Positions 20,477 through 31,271 are shown, numbered from the stretch's first letter. The stretch is 64,000 nucleotides of DNA from an uncultured Pelagibacteraceae bacterium (GCA_902586125.1 CACIGI010000006.1:4468-68467), one strand, 5' to 3'. Made by a program: numbers and translations. The notes: generated by a model not told the origin, from the sequence alone.

Positions 20477-21808
20477 TTATTTTCCAATACAAAAATCGTT
20501 GAAAATACTACCTAATATTTCCTCTACATCGACTTTTCCAACAATCATTCCTAAATTTCTAGTAGCTAACCTCAAATCTTCAGCGGCTTTATCAAAGTCT
20601 TTTTTATCATTTTTTTCTAGGAAATTTTTCAGATTATCTAAGCAATGAACTAAGTGTTGTCTATGCCTTTCCCTGGTAATTAGTATATCGTTATTTATAA
20701 TAAATTTTGTCTTTAACTTTTTTTTGATCATTAAAATTAATTTATCTAAATTTATATTTTCCTTTAATGAAATTAAAACATGGTCTAACTTATTTACCTC
20801 CAGATCCAATTCACCATTAATAAGATCTGACTTATTTATAACTAAAATTGCATTATCTTTTAGTAAATCGTTCAAAAATCCCCTAAAATCAATGCTTTTA
20901 GCATCAACTACTACTAATTTCAAATCAGCTTTTTCTGCTCTATCTAAGGATAATTTAATTCCTTTTTTCTCTATTTCGTCTTTAGAGTTCCTTATGCCCG
21001 CTGTATCAGAAATAATAACTGGATAACCATCAATATTTAAATGTGTTTCAATTACATCCCTGGTTGTTCCAGCAACTTCGGACACTATCGCTACATCTCT
21101 ATTTGATAAATTATTTAATAATGAAGATTTCCCAGCATTAGTTGGACCAACGATGGCAATTTTAAACCCTTCGCGGATTATTTCACCAATCTTTTGATCA
21201 TCTAAAATTTTTTTAATCTTGTTTAAAACTTCAGTTGTATCTTTTTTAATCTGCTTAATATTTTCATCAGGTAAACTTTCTTCAGGAAAATCTATTTTTG
21301 CCTCAATAAAAGATAAGATCTTTAATAACTTTTCTCTTAAATCATTAAATTTCTCAGCTGACTTACCTTCCATAATTTTTACAGCTTGTAATCTTTGCAT
21401 TTCAGTCTCTGCTGAAATTAAATCACCTATACTTTCAGCTTTTAACAAATTAATTTTTCCGTTTTGAAAAGCTATCTTGGTAAATTCTCCTGGCTCAGCT
21501 AATCTGAAGTTTTCTATTTTAGACAACTCGTTTTGTAGTGCTAAAACAATCGCTTTCCCTCCATGCACATGAACCTCGGCCATATCCTCGCCTGTGTAGC
21601 TCTCAGGACCAGGAAACCATATAATAATACCCTCATCAATCAATTCAGAAGTATTGATATTGTTTATTTTTCGAAGAGTGGCTATTCTAGGAGAAGGTAG
21701 ATCTTTCTTGGTGAGTAATTTAATTGCATTCGACGCCTCAGGACCAGAAATTCTTACAATTGCTACACCTGATACACCCGGACCAGTTGATAAAGCATAA
21801 ATAGTCAT
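20477..21808 (-). CDS. mnmE: tRNA modification GTPase MnmE
   Basis: SYTGED, GPTNAGKSS, GTTRD, DTAG, NKSD and C-terminal FCIGK motifs. Confidence 0.99.
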   Translation of the reverse strand: MTIYALSTGPGVSGVAIVRISGPEASNAIKLLTKKDLPSPRIATLRKINNINTSELIDEGIIIWFPGPESYTGEDMAEVHVHGGKAIVLALQNELSKIENFRLAEPGEFTKIAFQNGKINLLKAESIGDLISAETEMQRLQAVKIMEGKSAEKFNDLREKLLKILSFIEAKIDFPEESLPDENIKQIKKDTTEVLNKIKKILDDQKIGEIIREGFKIAIVGPTNAGKSSLLNNLSNRDVAIVSEVAGTTRDVIETHLNIDGYPVIISDTAGIRNSKDEIEKKGIKLSLDRAEKADLKLVVVDAKSIDFRGFLNDLLKDNAILVINKSDLINGELDLEVNKLDHVLISLKENINLDKLILMIKKKLKTKFIINNDILITRERHRQHLVHCLDNLKNFLEKNDKKDFDKAAEDLRLATRNLGMIVGKVDVEEILGSIFNDFCIGK

Positions 21809-21850
21809 TCAAATATTATAACTTCAATTATGTGATATTGGGAAATTAAA

Positions 21851-23119
21851 TTATGCCGGTTTGTTCATTGAATTAAAGAACTCAGCATTATTTTTTGTAT
21901 CTTTAAGTTTTGAATTGATAAACTCAATTGCGTCCATAGTTCCCATTGGTGCAATTATTCTTCTCAATACATTCATTTTCTGTAAATCATTTTTATCAAA
22001 TAACAATTCTTCTCTTCTTGTTCCTGATTTCGTAATATCAATAGCTGGATAGATTCTTTTGTCCGCAATTTTTCTATCGAGTACTGTCTCACTATTACCA
22101 GTTCCTTTGAATTCCTCAAAAATTACTTCATCCATCCTACTTCCAGTGTCTATTAATGCCGTAGAAATAATTGTTAACGATCCACCTTCCTCTATATTTC
22201 TCGCTGCACCAAAAAACCTTTTGGGTCTTTGAAGAGCATTAGCATCAACACCACCTGTCAGAACTTTACCAGAACTTGGTATTACTGCATTATAAGCTCT
22301 TCCTAGTCTCGTGATAGAATCTAATAATATAACAACATCCTTTTTGTGCTCTGTTAGTCTTTTAGCTTTTTCTATTACCATCTCAGCAACAGCTACGTGA
22401 CGTTGTGCTGGTTCATCGAAGGTTGAACTAATTACTTCTCCTTTAACAGTTCTCTGCATATCAGTTACTTCCTCAGGTCTCTCATCGATTAACAAAACAA
22501 TTAAATAACATTCTGGATAATTTTTTGCTATAGAGTTAGCTATACTCTGCAAAATCATTGTTTTACCAGCTTTTGGAGGTGAGATAATAATCGACCTTTG
22601 ACCTTTTCCTATGGGACTAACAAGATCTATAAGTCTTGGGGTTAAATCTTGTTTTTTATCAGGTTTTACTTGCTCGACCTCCATAACTAGTTGTTTATCA
22701 GGATAAAGGGGTGTCAAGTTATCAAAAGCTATTTTGTGTCTGGATTTGTCAGGCTCTTCGAAATTAATCTTACTTACTTGTAATAATGCAAAATATCTTT
22801 CTCCCTCTTTTGGGGCTCTAACTGGCCCTTCCACAGTATCACCAGTTCTTAAACCAAATTTTCTAATCTGACTTGGGCTTACATAAATATCATCTGGACC
22901 TGGTAAATAATTTGATTCCATGGCTCTAAGAAAACCAAAGCCATCTTGAAGTAGTTGTAATACACCTGCTCCGGTAATCTCCTCTTTTTCTGCAACTTTT
23001 TTTAAAATTGCAAAAAGTATCTCTTGCTTTCTTAGAGTGCTTGCATTTTCAATACCAAGCTTTTCCGCTTGAGTAATAAGCTGTTCCGATGATTTGAGTT
23101 TTAGTTCTTGTATGTTCAT
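21851..23119 (-). CDS. rho: Transcription termination factor Rho
   Basis: [24 protein letters not shown] and FEEFKGTGN motifs. Confidence 0.99.
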   Translation of the reverse strand: MNIQELKLKSSEQLITQAEKLGIENASTLRKQEILFAILKKVAEKEEITGAGVLQLLQDGFGFLRAMESNYLPGPDDIYVSPSQIRKFGLRTGDTVEGPVRAPKEGERYFALLQVSKINFEEPDKSRHKIAFDNLTPLYPDKQLVMEVEQVKPDKKQDLTPRLIDLVSPIGKGQRSIIISPPKAGKTMILQSIANSIAKNYPECYLIVLLIDERPEEVTDMQRTVKGEVISSTFDEPAQRHVAVAEMVIEKAKRLTEHKKDVVILLDSITRLGRAYNAVIPSSGKVLTGGVDANALQRPKRFFGAARNIEEGGSLTIISTALIDTGSRMDEVIFEEFKGTGNSETVLDRKIADKRIYPAIDITKSGTRREELLFDKNDLQKMNVLRRIIAPMGTMDAIEFINSKLKDTKNNAEFFNSMNKPA

Positions 23120-23181
23120 GAATAAATTATTAAGGACTTAATAATGTATGTAATATATATTCTAATTTAAATTATTCAACC

Positions 23182-23616
23182 CTAGATAGGCTTAAAAATC
23201 ACAACAAATATGATCAAAATAAGCAGTAAAGTGGGTATTTCATTAATATATCGATAATATTTATGTGAATGTTTATTCATATTTAATTTAAATTGTTCTA
23301 AAATTCTTCCAAGATAAAAGTGGTATAAAGTTAAGATAATAACAAAAATTAATTTCAAAATCATCCATTTTTGACCCAATTGCCCGAAACCTATTTCATG
23401 TATTAATATCAACCCAAATATCCAAGATAGAGTCATTGCAGGAGTCATAATGTAAAAAAAAAGTTTTTTTTCCATTACTTTGAATACTTCTGATACCAAT
23501 GGTTTGTCATTATTTTGTGAATGATAAACAAAAATTCTTGGAAGATATAAGAGACCTGCCATCCAAGAAATTACTGCTATTAAATGAAGAGATTTGAAAA
23601 GTAAGTATGTATTCAT
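23182..23616 (-). CDS. hemJ: Protoporphyrinogen oxidase HemJ
   Basis: HLIAVISWMAGLLYLPRIFVYH and NEIPT motifs. Confidence 0.95.
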   Translation of the reverse strand: MNTYLLFKSLHLIAVISWMAGLLYLPRIFVYHSQNNDKPLVSEVFKVMEKKLFFYIMTPAMTLSWIFGLILIHEIGFGQLGQKWMILKLIFVIILTLYHFYLGRILEQFKLNMNKHSHKYYRYINEIPTLLLILIIFVVIFKPI

Positions 23617-23619
23617 CGA

Positions 23620-24618
23620 TTATATATTTTGTTGAATTAATGATTTTAATAAATTGATATGATCATTATTATCATTTAAGCATGGCACCATATCAAAATT
23701 TTCACCACCAGATTCTAAAAAACTTTCTTTACCTTGAATAAGAATTTCTTCCAACGTCTCAACGCAATCTGAAGAAAAACCAGGGCATATTGCAAGAACA
23801 TTCTTCTTTCCCTCTTTGGGCAATTTCTCTAGTGTTTTATCTGTATAGGGCTCAAGCCATTTTTGAGGACCAAATCTAGATTGAAACGTTGTTTTAATTT
23901 CTATCGAATTAAATTTCTCTGAAATCAATCTTGTCGTTTTTTGACAATAGCAGTGATATGGATCTCCTTTATCAAAATATTTTTGGGGTATACCATGATA
24001 AGATGCCAATATTAAATCTGGCTTCCAATTTATTTCTTTTATTTTTTTATTTAGCGAATTTACCAAAGCATCTATATACAAAGGATGTGACTCATAATGT
24101 GGTATTATTTTGATTGATGGTTGCCATCTCATTTTCATCAACGTTCTATAAACTTCATCACAAACGGTTGCAGTTGTTGCTGCAGCATATTGGGGATAGA
24201 GAGGAAGTATAATTAAGTTTTCGCATCCTTTCTCATGTAGATCTTGTATTTTACTTTTAATACTTGGATTTCCATACCTCATGGCGTAGTCAACAATTAT
24301 ATTTTTCTCAGAAATTGAGTTTGATAACTTTTTGGCTTGCTGACGTGTAAAATAGAGAAGGGGCGAGATGTTTTCATCCTTCATCCAAATTTCTTTATAA
24401 GCTTTAGCAGTTTTAGATGGCCTTAAATTTAATATAAAAACATTCAATATAATTTGCCAAATAATCGGATTAACTTCTATCACTCTTTTATCAGATAAAA
24501 ATTCTTTTAAATATTTTCTAATATCAAACCAGCTTGTTGAATCTGGTGTTCCCAAATTTATTATCAAAACTCCTGTTTTACCGAAATTAATAGGTGGGTG
24601 ATTTAATTCTCTTTCCAT
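23620..24618 (-). CDS. hemH: Ferrochelatase
   Basis: NLGTP, LPLYPQY, QSRFG and DCVETLEE motifs. Confidence 0.97.
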   Translation of the reverse strand: MERELNHPPINFGKTGVLIINLGTPDSTSWFDIRKYLKEFLSDKRVIEVNPIIWQIILNVFILNLRPSKTAKAYKEIWMKDENISPLLYFTRQQAKKLSNSISEKNIIVDYAMRYGNPSIKSKIQDLHEKGCENLIILPLYPQYAAATTATVCDEVYRTLMKMRWQPSIKIIPHYESHPLYIDALVNSLNKKIKEINWKPDLILASYHGIPQKYFDKGDPYHCYCQKTTRLISEKFNSIEIKTTFQSRFGPQKWLEPYTDKTLEKLPKEGKKNVLAICPGFSSDCVETLEEILIQGKESFLESGGENFDMVPCLNDNNDHINLLKSLIQQNI

Positions 24619-25619
24619 TAGTAATTCTTTACTGTTTTAACTAAATAATCCATCACTAAAGGATCTGTTTCAGGTAATATTCCATGGCCTAAATTAAATA
24701 TATATGGATGATCTTTAAAAATATCCAGATACCTTATTGCTTCTTTTTTAATATTATCTTTATCAGTGAGTAGAACTTTTGGGTCCATACCGCCCTGCAC
24801 AGGAATTTTTATCTCTTTTTCAATTTTTATTGGATCGACTTCATAATCTATACAAATTGCATCTGGTTTTACAATTTCACAATATTTTTTATAGTTCTTT
24901 ATACCTCGCGGAAAACAAATCACCGGAACATTTAAAGATTTAATAAATTCAACTAAAGAGCAGGTTGGATTATAGATGTAAAAATCATAGTCCTTATCTT
25001 CTAATAGTCCAGCCCAACTATCAAAAATTTGTATAATCTCCGCACCATTATCAATTTGATTTTTAATATGAATTTTTAAAAATTTATCTATTATCTTTAA
25101 TGTATTTTTAATAATAGAAAAGTCTCTAAAAAAATTTTCTTTAAGTTTTATTTTTGGAGATTGTTTATTTAAAATATAAACAAGTAATGTCCAGGGAGCT
25201 CCAACAAAACCTATAGTAGACTTGTTTTCTGTTAAATTATTATTTCTTACCAAATTTATAGCTTTATAAACAGGATCAACTCTTTGTGTAAAATCATTTT
25301 CAGTAACTTCAAATGCTTGATCCAGATCTATATCACCAAGAATAGGTCCAACATTTTTCTTAAATTCTACTTTTTGTTTCAAACCGTAAGGTAAGATCAA
25401 TATATCAGAGAAAATTATAGCTGCATCTAAGTTAAATCTTTTTAACGGTTGTAAAGTTATTTCAGCTGCTAAGCTAGAATTTAAACATAGTTTAATAAAA
25501 TCAGTATTTTTTTTTCTAATCTCTCTAAACTCTGGCAGATATCTTCCAGCTTGCCTCATAATCCATATAGGATTTAAATCTGTTTTTTTATTTTCAATAA
25601 CTCTCTTAATGTCTGACAT
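24618..25619 (-). CDS. hemE: Uroporphyrinogen decarboxylase
   Basis: WIMRQAGRYLPE, FSDIL, FDSWAG and FNLGHGI motifs. Confidence 0.97.
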   Translation of the reverse strand: MSDIKRVIENKKTDLNPIWIMRQAGRYLPEFREIRKKNTDFIKLCLNSSLAAEITLQPLKRFNLDAAIIFSDILILPYGLKQKVEFKKNVGPILGDIDLDQAFEVTENDFTQRVDPVYKAINLVRNNNLTENKSTIGFVGAPWTLLVYILNKQSPKIKLKENFFRDFSIIKNTLKIIDKFLKIHIKNQIDNGAEIIQIFDSWAGLLEDKDYDFYIYNPTCSLVEFIKSLNVPVICFPRGIKNYKKYCEIVKPDAICIDYEVDPIKIEKEIKIPVQGGMDPKVLLTDKDNIKKEAIRYLDIFKDHPYIFNLGHGILPETDPLVMDYLVKTVKNY

Positions 25620-25900
25620 ATTAATAATTAAATTTATTTAATAGTATTTGTAGTATGAACTGTGAAATATGTGGATTAAATTTTATGTACATTTTATAAA
25701 CTGGTTATTAACATTTAAAGCTAAATTTTTGACATATATATAAGTAATATTGAAGCTTATTACCAATTTTTCAATTTAATGAAAAACTTTATACAGATGT
25801 TTAATAATGTTAATAAAAGCTATGTTTTACAACGTAAATTTAAAATTTATAAATCTAATTAATTTTATTCAAACAAAACAAAATTATTAACACTTTATAC
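25620..25900. other. oriC: Probable replication origin oriC
   Basis: Longest intergenic region in the window; very AT-rich; lies between hemE and the DUF299 gene (canonical alphaproteobacterial position); DnaA-box-like TGTGGATTA (25670-25678) and TTATACAGA (25789-25797); gene orientation diverges here; parS nearby. Confidence 0.8.
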
Positions 25901-26725
25901 ATGAGTAATACTTATCAAATTTATCTAATATCAGACTCTACAGGTGAAACTTTAGATAGAATTTTTAGTGCAATTAAAGCTCAATTTAAAAATATAAATT
26001 ACAAAATATACACATACTCATTCACAAGAACAGAAAACCAAATTTTAAAAATTTTATCTCATGCACAACAAAATCAAAATTCTATTATTTTATATTCAAT
26101 TGTAGATAGTAGACTTGCAAAACATCTTGCAAGAAATAGTGATGAGAAAAATATACCTTGTTTTGGTGTTTTAGGAGATTTAATTTTAGGTTTTTCAAAA
26201 CTACTTAATCAGAAAGCGTCTCATCAACCCAGCGGTCAATATATGCTTAATGATGAGTATTATAAAAGAATTGAAGCAATTCAATTTACAATGAACCATG
26301 ATGATGGAAACTTAATTAAAGACATTAAAAAATCAGACATTATTTTGTTAGGTGTTAGTAGGACCAGCAAAACACCAACCTCAATTTATCTGGCAAACAA
26401 AGGGTTCAAAATATCTAATATACCTTTGGTGAATGAAAATTCTATTCCTGAAATTTTAAAAAAAGACCCGGACCTTACTTGTATTGTTGGATTAAGCACA
26501 GAACCAGAAAGGTTAGCCGATATTAGAAAAAATCGAATGAATTCTTTAAAGGAGTCTCAGAATAAGTCTTACACAGACCTATCTAAAATTAAAAAAGAGG
26601 TTGAGGTTGCTAAAAATACTTTTAAGAAATTTAAATGGCCAACGATAGATGTAACTAGAAAATCGGTCGAAGAAACAGCTGCTTCAATTATAAAGATATA
26701 CGAGATATATAAAAATAATGGTTAA
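25901..26725 (+). CDS. PPDK/PEP-synthase regulatory kinase-pyrophosphorylase (DUF299)
   Basis: SDSTGET, HDDG, GVSRTSKTPTSIYLA and DVTRKSVEETA motifs. Confidence 0.95.
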   Translation: MSNTYQIYLISDSTGETLDRIFSAIKAQFKNINYKIYTYSFTRTENQILKILSHAQQNQNSIILYSIVDSRLAKHLARNSDEKNIPCFGVLGDLILGFSKLLNQKASHQPSGQYMLNDEYYKRIEAIQFTMNHDDGNLIKDIKKSDIILLGVSRTSKTPTSIYLANKGFKISNIPLVNENSIPEILKKDPDLTCIVGLSTEPERLADIRKNRMNSLKESQNKSYTDLSKIKKEVEVAKNTFKKFKWPTIDVTRKSVEETAASIIKIYEIYKNNG

Positions 26726-27302
26726 AATTATCCTTGCCTCAAAGAGTAAAGTAAGAAAGCAAATTTTAGATAAAAATAATATCTTTACAGTGGTGCAAAA
26801 TTCTAATTTAGATGAAGATGTTGTTAAGGAAAGTCTGCTCAAAGAAAAAGCATCACCCGAAATAATTTCAAAAAACTTAGCTGAATTCAAAGCAAACAAA
26901 GTTAGTCAAAAAAACCAAGGATTCCTAGTTATAGGTGCCGATAGTGTGATAGATTTAAAGGGTGAATTAATATCTAAACCTATAAATAGAGATCAAGCTT
27001 TAGAAATTTTAAAAAAACTAAATGGAAAAAAGCATAATCTCATTAGTTCGGTTTGTATTTCCCAAAATGGTGCCATGATTTGGAATTACACTGATAAAGC
27101 AACTTTAACCATGAAACAATTTAGTTTAGATGAGCTTAAAATTTATTTATCAAAAATAACAGATGAAGCTTTATATGCTTATAATGTTTATCAAATTGAA
27201 GGAGAAGGTAGGAAATTATTCTTAAATATAGAGGGTGATGAAGACACTATAATGGGTTTACCAATTAAAAAAATAAAGCAATACTTGAGCAACTACGAAT
27301 GA
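26718..27302 (+). CDS. maf: Maf-family nucleotide pyrophosphatase
   Basis: ILASKSKVR, KA, GADS, KP and IMGLP motifs. Confidence 0.92.
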   Translation: MVKIILASKSKVRKQILDKNNIFTVVQNSNLDEDVVKESLLKEKASPEIISKNLAEFKANKVSQKNQGFLVIGADSVIDLKGELISKPINRDQALEILKKLNGKKHNLISSVCISQNGAMIWNYTDKATLTMKQFSLDELKIYLSKITDEALYAYNVYQIEGEGRKLFLNIEGDEDTIMGLPIKKIKQYLSNYE

Positions 27303-28093
27303 AAAAATATTTTGTAATTGGAAATCCAATTGACCATTCTTTGTCTCCTAAACTCCAAAACTGGTGGTTAAAAGAAAATAATATTGATGCTACGTATGAC
27401 AAAATTAAACTTGAGGTTCATGAAATTAAAAACTTCATTCAAGAAATTAAGGAACAAAGAATAGCCGGTTGCAATGTAACTGTTCCTTTCAAAAAAACAG
27501 TTATTCCTTTTTTAGATAAATTAAGCCCAGAGGCAGAACAGACACAATCAGTAAACACAATTACTTTTGATAATGGTGATTTAGTTGGACATAATACAGA
27601 CATAGCTGGTTTTAGTACTGCAATTAAAAATTTAAATTTCAACATTAAGGGAAAGAAAATTTTAATTTTAGGGGCTGGTGGTGTAGTCCCTTCAATAATT
27701 TTTGCTTTAAAAAATATGTATGTTCAAGAGATAATAATTAGCAACAGAACTAAAGAGAAAGCAGAAAATCTGAGAGTTTTATTTACTGATCTCAAAATTT
27801 TAGAGTGGGGAAATTTAACTGATTTTCATATGATTATAAATGCAACAAGTCTTGGTTTAAATAATGAAACAATAAATTTAGATTTTTCAAGTTTAGGGCA
27901 TGATAAATTATTTTATGACGTAATTTATAATCCTAATGAAACCCCTTTTTTGCAGACGGGGAAGCAATTAGGATACAAGATAGAAAATGGGAAAACCATG
28001 TTTGTTTACCAGGCTTTACAAGCATTTAAATTATGGCACAAGATAGAACCAAAAGTAAATACAGATACATTAAAGCTTTTAGATAATGATTAG
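27299..28093 (+). CDS. aroE: Shikimate dehydrogenase
   Basis: HSLSP, NVTVPFK, HNTD, GAGG and NATS motifs. Confidence 0.96.
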   Translation: MKKYFVIGNPIDHSLSPKLQNWWLKENNIDATYDKIKLEVHEIKNFIQEIKEQRIAGCNVTVPFKKTVIPFLDKLSPEAEQTQSVNTITFDNGDLVGHNTDIAGFSTAIKNLNFNIKGKKILILGAGGVVPSIIFALKNMYVQEIIISNRTKEKAENLRVLFTDLKILEWGNLTDFHMIINATSLGLNNETINLDFSSLGHDKLFYDVIYNPNETPFLQTGKQLGYKIENGKTMFVYQALQAFKLWHKIEPKVNTDTLKLLDND

Positions 28094-28655
28094 AATTGGA
28101 ATTTTAGGTGACATAGGATCTGGAAAAAGCTATGTAGCCAAGTCATTTGGTTACCCAGTTTTTATTGCCGATAACGAAGTTGCAAAATTATATAAAAAAG
28201 ATAGAAAAATTTTTATTAAACTAAATAAGGCTTTACCCAAATACATCACACAATTTCCAATAAAAAAACTAGAAGTAACAAGAATGATATTGGCCGATAA
28301 AAATAATTTAAAAAAAGTTATTCATATAATTCATCCTGAAGTAAAAAAGAAAATGAATATTTTCTTAAAGAAAAATAAAAAAAGTAAATATATCGTTCTA
28401 GATATTCCTTTATTACTTGAAAATAAAATTAATAAAAGAAAAGATATTTTGATATTTATTCAATCTAATAGAACTGAAATTTTGAAGAGATTAAAAAAAA
28501 GACAAAATTTTAATTCAAAAATTTTGGATAGGTTCAGAAAAATACAACTACCACTTGACTACAAAAGAAAAAAATCAAACTTTATAATTAAAAATAATTT
28601 TACAAATAAATTTATTAAAAAACAGATTAAATATATTCTAAATCAAATAAGTTAA
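28086..28655 (+). CDS. coaE: Dephospho-CoA kinase
   Basis: GDIGSGKS P-loop, IIHPEV and DIPLLLE motifs. Confidence 0.92.
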   Translation: MIRIGILGDIGSGKSYVAKSFGYPVFIADNEVAKLYKKDRKIFIKLNKALPKYITQFPIKKLEVTRMILADKNNLKKVIHIIHPEVKKKMNIFLKKNKKSKYIVLDIPLLLENKINKRKDILIFIQSNRTEILKRLKKRQNFNSKILDRFRKIQLPLDYKRKKSNFIIKNNFTNKFIKKQIKYILNQIS

Positions 28656-29318
28656 ATGAAAGAAGTAATTTTAGATACAGAGACAACAGGATTGTCTGTT
28701 AAAGAAGGTCACCGAATAGTTGAGATAGGTTGCATTGAGCTAGAAAATTTTATTCCTACGAATAATAATTTTCATTGTTACTTAAATCCTGAGAGAAAAG
28801 TTTCTGAAAAGGCGTTAGAAACTCACGGATATACAGATGAATTCTTGTCTGATAAGAAAAAATTTTTAGAAATAGCAGATGATTTTTTATCTTATATAAA
28901 AGGAAAAAAACTAATTATTCATAATGCTCAATTTGATCTATCGCATTTAAATAATGAACTGAAAATAGCAGGTAAAGATTTAATTAATAATGAAATTGTA
29001 GATACTATTGTTTTAGCCAGAGATAAATTTCCTGGATCATCCAATAGCCTAGACGCTCTTTGTAAAAGATATAGAATAGATAATTCTAAAAGAGAAAAAC
29101 ATACAGCTTTAATTGACTGTGACTTATTATCAAAAGTTTATATTAACTTAATCGATCAAAAAGAGCCAAAATTGAATTTTAGTAATGAAACCAGTGACAA
29201 TAATCAAGTGTTAAAAAAAAATATTTCATATTTAAAAAAAGTCGTTAAACCTACTGAAGAAGAAAAAAAAAATCATGAACAATATTTGAAAACTAATTTG
29301 AGAAAAAATTTTTTTTAA
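28656..29318 (+). CDS. dnaQ: DNA polymerase III epsilon subunit
   Basis: DTETTG, HNAQFD and HTALID (DEDDh) motifs. Confidence 0.97.
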   Translation: MKEVILDTETTGLSVKEGHRIVEIGCIELENFIPTNNNFHCYLNPERKVSEKALETHGYTDEFLSDKKKFLEIADDFLSYIKGKKLIIHNAQFDLSHLNNELKIAGKDLINNEIVDTIVLARDKFPGSSNSLDALCKRYRIDNSKREKHTALIDCDLLSKVYINLIDQKEPKLNFSNETSDNNQVLKKNISYLKKVVKPTEEEKKNHEQYLKTNLRKNFF

Positions 29319-29737
29319 TTAAATTGTTTTTTGTAAAGTTCTTCAAAATCAACTTTTTTTTCAAATTTAATATTTGGATATCCTGATGTGTGTAAAAGAC
29401 TAAGTAAAGCCTTTTCTAATTCTGGATAAATTTCTTTCTGCACATCACATAGTATTATTTTTTGAAGAACTTTTTTATCTTTTATTTCTTCATTAAGCTT
29501 TATCACAGATGTATATGTTATTTCAAAATGTGATTTTTTCTTACTCTTTGATATATCATGAAATTTTAATAAAGTATTTACCTCGACAATTTGGGCTTTC
29601 AAAGGCTTTGAGTTTATTTCAATATTTAGTTGGTATCTAGAGATAAAATCTTTCACATATAAGTATGTTTCAATGTCTGGTGTTTCACCTGAGATGTCTT
29701 TTATAAACTTGCTCATTATTTTATAATTTTCGTTCAT
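29315..29737 (-). CDS. secB: Protein-export chaperone SecB (divergent)
   Basis: FIKDISGETP, YP and VDFEELY resemble SecB; dnaQ-secB-fxsA synteny; start at Met 29737 or 29740. Confidence 0.8.
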   Translation of the reverse strand: MNENYKIMSKFIKDISGETPDIETYLYVKDFISRYQLNIEINSKPLKAQIVEVNTLLKFHDISKSKKKSHFEITYTSVIKLNEEIKDKKVLQKIILCDVQKEIYPELEKALLSLLHTSGYPNIKFEKKVDFEELYKKQFN

Positions 29738-30146
29738 CATCTTCCTCAATGTCTTCAAACTCACCTTCTATATATGGTTTTTTTATTTTTGTCTCATTCT
29801 TAAATTTTTTTATAAATTTTCCGAAAAACAATTTTCTTGTTAAAGGAAATATTAAAAGAAATCCTAAAAGGTCAGTTGCAAATCCAGGGATTATCAAAAG
29901 AAGAGCTGCAAATGCTATTACAGCACCAGAGATTATTTCATAGATAGGTGCTTCATTCCTTATTAATTGTGAAAAACCAGACCTGAGAGTATTTAAGCCT
30001 TCGTATCTTGCATAAATCACCCCAATTATTGCCGTTATAAATATTAGTGATATCGTGTTAAACGCACCTATTTGACCACCAATCTTAATAAATAGATAAA
30101 TTTCTACAACAGGGACCAAGATAAAGGCTATCAATACTGAGTTCAT
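29721..30146 (-). CDS. fxsA: FxsA family membrane protein
   Basis: PVVEIYLFI, LLIIPGFATD and IEGEFE motifs. Confidence 0.93.
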   Translation of the reverse strand: MNSVLIAFILVPVVEIYLFIKIGGQIGAFNTISLIFITAIIGVIYARYEGLNTLRSGFSQLIRNEAPIYEIISGAVIAFAALLLIIPGFATDLLGFLLIFPLTRKLFFGKFIKKFKNETKIKKPYIEGEFEDIEEDDERKL

Positions 30147-30203
30147 TTGTCTTTAATTTAATTGTTAGTTGAAATTATTCAACAGAGTAATTAGATTGTA
30201 ATC

Positions 30204-30800
30204 ATGAATTATAGTTTTGAATACATTGACATAATACTATTAGCGATGATAGCTGGATTTATTTTTTTGAGATTAAGGGGTATTCTTGGAAAAAGAACTG
30301 GCTTCGAAGGAAAAAATCCACAACAATTTCAAGAAATTTTAAAAGAAGTTCATCAAGATACAAAAGTTAATCAAAAAGAGAAATTTGATAAAAAAGCTCA
30401 AAGCGAATTTTTAAAAGGAGCAAAGATTGCTTATGAGACTATCATTACCGATTTTAGTGACAATGATAATAAACTAATAGCCAGTAAACCTTTACTGAGT
30501 AAAGAAATTTACGAGGAGTTTAACAAAGCTCTTAAAGAAAGAGGTGATAGAGGCCATCACGCTGAGATAACATTTATAGGAATAAAATCAGCAGATATAA
30601 AAGAGCATAAAAAAATCGATAAAGCTCTTCAGGTAACAGTGGATTTTGTAAGTGAGATCATTACGTGTATAAGAGATAGAGAGAAAAAAATTGTTTCAGG
30701 AAGTCCTGATAAAATCAAAACTATTTATGACACTTGGACATTTTCCAGAGATATGAGATCGAATAACCCAAACTGGTTGTTGGTAAATACTCTAAACTAA
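30204..30800 (+). CDS. Tim44/TimA family protein
   Basis: LRLRGILGKRTG, FLKGAKIAYE and DTWTFSRD...PNWLL motifs. Confidence 0.92.
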   Translation: MNYSFEYIDIILLAMIAGFIFLRLRGILGKRTGFEGKNPQQFQEILKEVHQDTKVNQKEKFDKKAQSEFLKGAKIAYETIITDFSDNDNKLIASKPLLSKEIYEEFNKALKERGDRGHHAEITFIGIKSADIKEHKKIDKALQVTVDFVSEIITCIRDREKKIVSGSPDKIKTIYDTWTFSRDMRSNNPNWLLVNTLN

Positions 30801-31211
30801 GTGAATAGCAAAATTTCAGAAAAAGATAAAAAAACTTGGGAAGAATTTTTATCTAGCGGTCAAAAATTAACTGATAAAGATAATATTCAAAATAAAAAAA
30901 TTATAAAAAAGACCAGATCATTAGATCTGCATGGTAAAACTCTTGATGAAGCCAATAGCATTATTGAGAACTTTATAAAAAAGTCTTATGAAGAAAAAGT
31001 TCAGAAGCTTATAATTATTACTGGTAAAGGCCTTCATTCAAATAATGAGAAAGATCCATATGTTTCAAAGGATTTAGGTATTTTGAAATATTCAATACCA
31101 GAATTTGTGAGGAATAACAAAAATTTAATGCAAATTATTTCAAATATTGGTGAAGCAAACGTAAAAGACGGTGGAACAGGAGCATTTTATATTTTTTTAA
31201 AAAAAAAATAA
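30801..31211 (+). CDS. Smr/MutS2 C-terminal domain endonuclease
   Basis: LDLHG, IITGKG and GGTGAFY motifs. Confidence 0.93.
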   Translation: MNSKISEKDKKTWEEFLSSGQKLTDKDNIQNKKIIKKTRSLDLHGKTLDEANSIIENFIKKSYEEKVQKLIIITGKGLHSNNEKDPYVSKDLGILKYSIPEFVRNNKNLMQIISNIGEANVKDGGTGAFYIFLKKK

Positions 31212-31271
31212 ATTATCGGTTTAAAGATAATTCAGTAATATAGCATAGAAATAATGAGGTAACATAATTAT

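Noticed and set aside
25620-25900. CtrA boxes (TTAA-N7-TTAA) in oriC
   Set aside because: Many TTAA half-sites, but the pairs I checked have 3-6 nt spacing rather than 7
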